Shown piece after piece: positions 59,348-64,000 of a stretch of DNA of 64,000 nt. Position 1 is the stretch's first letter. Each line of letters opens with the position of its first letter. The position numbers and the translations under genes were made by a program. The stretch comes from an uncultured delta proteobacterium. Lineage in GTDB: Bacteria; Desulfobacterota; Binatia; UBA9968. The DNA lies in assembly GCA_963737905.1 (NCBI GenBank), contig CAVTUQ010000030.1, positions 32,001-96,000 of the forward strand. Direction: 5' to 3'. The notes below the pieces were generated by a model, which was given only the letters and a program-made list of their open reading frames with translations, ran no database searches and was not told where the DNA came from.

Positions 59348-60316
59348 ATGCCGAGTCGATTCGACAATCGCAGGTGGAAAATTTCAGGGAACAGCGAGAC
59401 ACCCGAGGCCTTCTTTCGGGAACGCCGCCAAGTCATTAAAACGGCCGGAGTTCTCGGTCTCGGACTTATTACCGGAACCGTATTCGGCTGTGGTCCCGCT
59501 CAGGACGCAGCAAAAATCGGCGGCCAGGAGCATCCGCCTGCTCCAGAGATGTATCCAGCCCCCAGAGATACTCGTTTCAATCTCGACCGCCCCATAACGG
59601 ATGAAGTCTACGCCGCCTCCTACAACAACTTTTATGAATTCACCACCTTTAAAGGAAGCGTTTACAAAAAGGCAGCGCGCCTGCGCACCTATCCCTGGCA
59701 GGTAGCGGTCGGCGGGCTCGTTTCAAAACCGCGTGTCTTCGACATTGACGAACTCGTTCGTGCAATGCCGCTGGAAGAGCGCCTTTACCGTTTTCGCTGC
59801 GTGGAGGCCTGGGCAATGGCCGTCCCATGGACAGGCTTCCCGCTCGACGCTCTTATAAAAATGGTGCAGCCACTCTCCTCGGCTAAATTTGTTCGGTTCG
59901 TTTCATTTTTCAACCCGGCCGATGCCCCAAACCAAAGTTCATCTTACGGGCCCTGGCCCTATACGGAAGGTCTGACAATGGCCGAGGCGAACAACGATCT
60001 CACATGGCTGGCGACCGGCATCTATGGTCATCCGCTACCGAAGCAGCATGGCGCGCCGTTGAGGTTAATTGTTCCATGGAAATACGGCTTCAAGAGCATC
60101 AAGTCGATAGCAAAGATTGAGTTTACAGCGGAGCAACCGAGAACTTTCTGGAATAGTATCACACCCCACGAGTACGGTTTTACGGCGAACGTCGACCCTA
60201 AGGTTCCACATCCGCGCTGGTCGCAGGAATCCGAACGCCTCATCGACACCGGTGAGCGGCGCAAGACACTCTCTTACAATGGCTACGGGGAATGGGTCGC
60301 GAATTTATATAGGTAA
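59348..60316 (+). CDS. msrP: Protein-methionine-sulfoxide reductase catalytic subunit MsrP (YedY)
   Basis: Tat RR leader, YNNFYEF, ERLYRFRCVEAW, QHGAPLRLIVPWKYGFKSIKSI and HPRWSQ motifs. Confidence 0.96.
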   Translation: MPSRFDNRRWKISGNSETPEAFFRERRQVIKTAGVLGLGLITGTVFGCGPAQDAAKIGGQEHPPAPEMYPAPRDTRFNLDRPITDEVYAASYNNFYEFTTFKGSVYKKAARLRTYPWQVAVGGLVSKPRVFDIDELVRAMPLEERLYRFRCVEAWAMAVPWTGFPLDALIKMVQPLSSAKFVRFVSFFNPADAPNQSSSYGPWPYTEGLTMAEANNDLTWLATGIYGHPLPKQHGAPLRLIVPWKYGFKSIKSIAKIEFTAEQPRTFWNSITPHEYGFTANVDPKVPHPRWSQESERLIDTGERRKTLSYNGYGEWVANLYR

Positions 60317-60416
60317 CAGCACAAATAAGGCAAAGAGACTGAGAGGAAAATATCTAGTTGCGAAGTTCGCGGTGACGAATCCTACGAGATGTATTGTTAG
60401 AGGCCGCCAGCGCTGG

Positions 60417-61526
60417 TTAGATCAACTGCCGTAGCGCTTTAGCCAGCAACTCGACATTTTCCACCCGGGCTCCGTGCCCCATCAGGCCGACGCGCCAGAT
60501 CTTTCCCTTGAGTGGACCAAGACCGGCGCCAATTTCAATATTGAACTCGTCGTACAAACGCTGCCGCACTTTTGCGTCGTCCGCGCCTTCGGGGATACGA
60601 ATGGCGTTGATCATCGGCGCCCGGATCGATTCCGATACAGCAGGCTCGATCTCCAGCTTACGCATCTCGCGAATAAAGACCTCATGCACACGACGGTGGC
60701 GCTGCCAACTGGCTTCCAAACCTTCCTCAAGCACCACCCGCAGGGCTTCATGCAAAGCATAGTTCATGGAAATGGGCGCGGTGTGGTGGTAGACACGCTC
60801 GCTGCCCCAGTATTTTTCAATCATTGATAAATCGAGATACCAGCTCTGAACTTTGGTCTTACGTTTTCGCACGGCCTCGATGGCCCGCTCGCTAAAGGTC
60901 ACCGGCGAAAGCCCCGGCGGGCAACTCAGGCACTTCTGCGTGCCGCTGTAGCACGCATCGATACCTAACTCGTCTACCCTTACCGGCGCCCCGCCAAGCG
61001 ATGTCACAGTGTCCACGAGAAGCAAGCTTTCGTACTCATGAACCAGTCGCGATATTTCGTCGAGCGGCTGAAGCACGCCGGTCGAAGTCTCCGCGTGAAC
61101 GACCGCAACGAGCTTGAAACTCTTTTTTGCCAATGCGGCGCGGAATCGCGCCGGATCGAGCGCCGTCCCCCACTCCGCTTCAACCGTATCCACCTGGGCG
61201 CCGCAACGTTGAGCGACGTCCACCATCCGCGTGCCGAACACCCCGTTCACTCCTATGAGGACCGCATCGCCGGGCTCGAGGAGGTTGACGAAGCAGGTCT
61301 CCATACCCGCGCTGCCGGTGCCGGACATGGGCAAGGCAAGGCGGTTTTTGGTCTGAAACAGTTCGCGCAGCATAGCCATGCTCTCGTCCATGATCTTGAG
61401 AAACGCAGGATCGAGATGACCCACTACGGGCAGAGACAAGCTCTGAAGCACGCGCGGATTCACGGGACTCGGACCCGGTCCGAGTAGGGTGCGCAAGGGT
61501 GGTTTAACCTTCGGCGGAATTTCCAT
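60417..61526 (-). CDS. Alanine-glyoxylate/serine-pyruvate aminotransferase (class V PLP)
   Basis: LLGPGPS, SGTGSAGME, HAETSTG, DTVTSLGG, SGTQKCL, YHHT and WRVGLMG motifs. Confidence 0.95.
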   Translation of the reverse strand: MEIPPKVKPPLRTLLGPGPSPVNPRVLQSLSLPVVGHLDPAFLKIMDESMAMLRELFQTKNRLALPMSGTGSAGMETCFVNLLEPGDAVLIGVNGVFGTRMVDVAQRCGAQVDTVEAEWGTALDPARFRAALAKKSFKLVAVVHAETSTGVLQPLDEISRLVHEYESLLLVDTVTSLGGAPVRVDELGIDACYSGTQKCLSCPPGLSPVTFSERAIEAVRKRKTKVQSWYLDLSMIEKYWGSERVYHHTAPISMNYALHEALRVVLEEGLEASWQRHRRVHEVFIREMRKLEIEPAVSESIRAPMINAIRIPEGADDAKVRQRLYDEFNIEIGAGLGPLKGKIWRVGLMGHGARVENVELLAKALRQLI

Positions 61527-61721
61527 ATGGACTTTCCTTTCATTTAGCCGGTCGGTAGGACGTGTCGCGGATGCATCCCGTTCTCAGCTTCTTTCTTGAT
61601 ACAGCTTTACGAATATCCCAAGAGCCATTTACAATCGTTCTACCCTTAACAGACACCGCTAGCAGCAAACAAGTTCTAAATAGTTTACTCAACACGCTTA
61701 ACCTGTCCGTTGGAACCTGGA

Positions 61722-61738
61722 TGCCCTTTGTTTAGGCA
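61722..61738. promoter_or_regulatory. NtrC-like enhancer site (TGC-N11-GCA)
   Basis: TGCCCTTTGTTTAGGCA, about 85-100 bp upstream of a sigma-54 promoter. Confidence 0.6.
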
Positions 61739-61820
61739 GAGAAATGAGTAAGCATGCGGCATCTCACCGAGGCAATGCCGAAAACAAATAGACTCTCGCT
61801 GACTTTTTCCTTGAAGGTCT

Positions 61821-61837
61821 TTGGCATGGCCATTGCT
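61821..61837 (+). promoter_or_regulatory. Sigma-54 (-24/-12) promoter
   Basis: TTGGCATGGCCATTGCT: GG-N10-GC, matching the TGGCAY-N5-TTGCW consensus. Confidence 0.82.
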
Positions 61838-61896
61838 CACTCAAATTTTAGAACTTGTTGAGCCGCTGATAAGTATAGTTTTATCGTTACTGTCCG

Positions 61897-61973
61897 GGAA
61901 GCAATGGCGCGATCCGAGACGGAAACAGAGCAAAGGCGCTCCCATCCATAAAATGGTAGCGTTTTTTGTTTTT
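61897..61973 (+). promoter_or_regulatory. ANTAR-type dual-hairpin leader overlapping an intrinsic terminator
   Basis: GC-AATGGC-GC (61901-61910) and GAGC-AAAGGC-GCTC (61928-61941) hexaloops with A1/G4; the second hairpin overlaps terminator GCGCT-C-CCAT...ATGG-T-AGCGT followed by TTTTTGTTTTT. Confidence 0.8.
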
Positions 61974-62052
61974 CCGGGGGAGGGAAGTTGAAGCGCAAAT
62001 ATCGTGTAACGCTAGGAATCGATAGTCGGTGAAGCGCGGGATGAGCCGACTC

Positions 62053-62147
62053 TGGCGCGCGCTTCCGTTTGTGTAACTGTGCCCCTCGCATGCCTCCGCG
62101 TGGGGGTAGGTCACACAGGGCCGGAACCAATTCGGAAGCGCGCGCCA
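62053..62147. other. Long stem-loop with perfect 15-bp arms in the untranslated leader
   Basis: TGGCGCGCGCTTCCG (62053-62067) pairs with CGGAAGCGCGCGCCA (62133-62147), with inner pairings TGTG/CACA and CCCC-TCGC/GCG-TGGGG. Confidence 0.7.
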
Positions 62148-62226
62148 CTGATTTCGAGCTGGAAACCGGGAAATCCTCATCGCCTTTGCCGGCGGGATTT
62201 GACGAGGCGAAAAGGGAGACAAAACA

Positions 62227-62613
62227 ATGGAAAGATTCATCGAGGTAGCTAAGGTTAAAGATATACAGCCCGGCGGAGCGGGACTGATTCACTTTGGATA
62301 CCAGAGCATCGCCATATTCAATGTCGGGGGAGCATTCTACGCCACCGACGAATACTGTACCGGCGATGGGGGATCACTCTCCGAGGGTACACTCATGGGC
62401 ACCACGATCATATGTTCAGCGGATCGCTGTACCTATTATCTCCCAACGGGTGAATGTTTGGATGCAACCACAAAGCCGCTGACTACCTACGCTGTCCACA
62501 TCCATGGAGATCTGATTAAAATTGACCGGGACGAGATTAAGCGGAAACTCTTTCCGGTCATTGAGCGCCGGAGCTTGAACGATTCGCTTTGGCTTGCAGA
62601 CATGAGGATCTGA
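62227..62613 (+). CDS. Rieske-fold ferredoxin (NirD-like) with the His ligands replaced
   Basis: IAIFNVGGAFYATDEYCTGDGGSLSEG...IICSADRCTYYLPTGEC; CxH becomes CTG and CxxH becomes CSAD. Confidence 0.8.
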   Translation: MERFIEVAKVKDIQPGGAGLIHFGYQSIAIFNVGGAFYATDEYCTGDGGSLSEGTLMGTTIICSADRCTYYLPTGECLDATTKPLTTYAVHIHGDLIKIDRDEIKRKLFPVIERRSLNDSLWLADMRI

Positions 62614-62614
62614 G

Positions 62615-63190
62615 GTGATCTCGGAGGATAAGAAGTTGAGTTACCTGCCGATTCTTTTAAGACTTCGGGACCGCCCTTGCGTAGTGGTGGGGGGCGGGGT
62701 AGCCGCCACAAGAAAGGTCGAAGCATTGCTAAAAGCCGACGCGAGGCTGACAGTCATCAGCCCGCATGTCACAGAGGTTATCGAAAGGCTTGCCGCAGCC
62801 GGCCATTTGCAGTTGGTTAGCAGGCCCTATGCCAGGGGCGATCTCAGAGGCTTTTATCTGGGCTACGCGGCGACCGGACTCTCCGCTCTCGATGAACAAA
62901 TAGCCAGGGATGCGGAATCTGAGCACGTATTGTTGAGCGTGGCGGACCGGCTGTCGCTCGGCGACTTTCTCAGCCCACCGATTATTCAAAGAGGCGACCT
63001 CACTATAGCCGTTTCAACGAATGGGAGAAGCCGCGGCTTTGCCCAGCTTATGAAGAAAAAATTGGAGCGTCTGATCGGTCCCGAATATGGAGATCTACTC
63101 GATATCGTGGAGACTGAACGTTTGGTTACGAAGCGCCCAAACTCGTCTGCGAAATCCGAGAGATCCCTGCCCAACGAAGCAGCGTCCTAA
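62615..63190 (+). CDS. Precorrin-2 dehydrogenase/sirohydrochlorin ferrochelatase (SirC/CysG N-terminal type)
   Basis: YLPILLRLRDRPCVVVGGGVAATRKVEALL, YAAT and DF..P.II.RGDLTIAVSTNG motifs. Confidence 0.88.
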   Translation: MISEDKKLSYLPILLRLRDRPCVVVGGGVAATRKVEALLKADARLTVISPHVTEVIERLAAAGHLQLVSRPYARGDLRGFYLGYAATGLSALDEQIARDAESEHVLLSVADRLSLGDFLSPPIIQRGDLTIAVSTNGRSRGFAQLMKKKLERLIGPEYGDLLDIVETERLVTKRPNSSAKSERSLPNEAAS

Positions 63191-63197
63191 CCGAGAT

Positions 63198-63237
63198 AGT
63201 TCAAGATTCAACGTTCGAAACGAGTTGAAGACCTTGA
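63198..63237. repeat. GTTCAA periodic repeat, copy 8 (degenerate)
   Basis: gttcaa-gattcaa-cgttcgaaa...ttgaagaccttga between convergent genes. Confidence 0.5.
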
Positions 63238-63287
63238 CATCGATCGACACCAGTGTCGTATTTTCCTCTGAAGATCAATAAACCCAG

Positions 63288-64000
63288 CTACGCCTCCGCC
63301 TTGACGCGTAATTCCATCTGACCGATCTTCTCAATTGTTCCTGTGAGATGATCACCGTCGTTGAGCTTGCTCACGCCGGCGGGCGTTCCGGTCGTGATCA
63401 GATCCCCCGGCCGGAGGGTCAGGCAGCTCGTGAGAAACCGGATATGTTCACGCAGACCGCAAATCATGTCGCTCGTGTGCGCCGTCATGACTTCTTTCCC
63501 ATTTTGTAGGACCTTGATCGAAAGATTTTGCGGCTCATCAATTTCGTCCCGGGTCACGATCCACGGCCCCAATGCACTAAAGGTATCAAACCCTTTACGA
63601 ATATTGCGTGTGTTGTGCATGCCCTTACCCCAGGGGTCGCGCTGGCTGATGTCCCAGCAAATCGTGTAACCGAATACATAATTGAGCGATTGCTCCTCGG
63701 TGATTTTCCGCGCTCGTTTGCCTATCACCGCGCAAAGTTCGCATTCGAAATCAACCAGCTTCGAGATTTTTGGGAGAATAATCGTGTCACCGGGACCGAT
63801 GATCGATGAAGTGGTCTTAAGAAAGAACTCCGCCATCAAGTCATCCTTGTTCTTGATCTCCTTGTTCGCGCTGCCCATCCGATCGACCATTTCCGCGCGG
63901 TGCGCGTAGTAATTCGCGGCGGCCGCCCATAGAGAACCGGGGTTTGTTATCGGGGCGAGCAGTTTCACGGAGCTCAGATCGATACCCCCGGTTCCGGAGG
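63288..64000 (-). CDS. Fumarylacetoacetate hydrolase family protein (N-terminus beyond the window)
   Basis: FFLKTTSSIIGPGD, DFECELCAVIGK, DISQRD, KGFDTF and TLRPGDLITTGTPAGV motifs. Confidence 0.94.
   Translation of the reverse strand, partial: SGTGGIDLSSVKLLAPITNPGSLWAAAANYYAHRAEMVDRMGSANKEIKNKDDLMAEFFLKTTSSIIGPGDTIILPKISKLVDFECELCAVIGKRARKITEEQSLNYVFGYTICWDISQRDPWGKGMHNTRNIRKGFDTFSALGPWIVTRDEIDEPQNLSIKVLQNGKEVMTAHTSDMICGLREHIRFLTSCLTLRPGDLITTGTPAGVSKLNDGDHLTGTIEKIGQMELRVKAEA

Overview
A 64-kb bacterial chromosomal window with no rRNA, tRNA, CRISPR array, integrase or transposase that I could recognise. Gene content suggests a Deltaproteobacteria-like soil organism, possibly Ca. Binatia (inference only). 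Layout: (1) 1-9 kb, housekeeping block tilS-ftsH-folP-cdaA-cdaR-glmM-pdxJ-nnr. (2) 12.3-17.2 kb, a defence islet with a PIN toxin/antitoxin pair and a fused Type IIG (Eco57I-like) restriction-modification gene. (3) 19-37 kb and 44-57 kb, catabolic and transport clusters rich in solute-binding proteins, ornithine-cyclodeaminase-family, M24, VOC and amidohydrolase paralogs, many with altered catalytic residues, plus a SWIM-SNF2 helicase. (4) 39.6-44.2 kb, an orphan group-1h-type [NiFe]-hydrogenase small subunit followed by a double-PAS histidine kinase, a NarL-type regulator and a CarD paralog; this is the best candidate for an undescribed H2/redox/O2 sensing module. (5) 61.7-63.2 kb, an NtrC-like site, sigma-54 promoter, ANTAR dual-hairpin attenuator and long RNA stem upstream of a His-less Rieske protein and a sirC/cysG-N gene. 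Intergenic gaps hold several families of short palindromic or periodic repeats. Many genes carry single-base indels, often in homopolymers, that look like long-read assembly errors rather than true pseudogenes.
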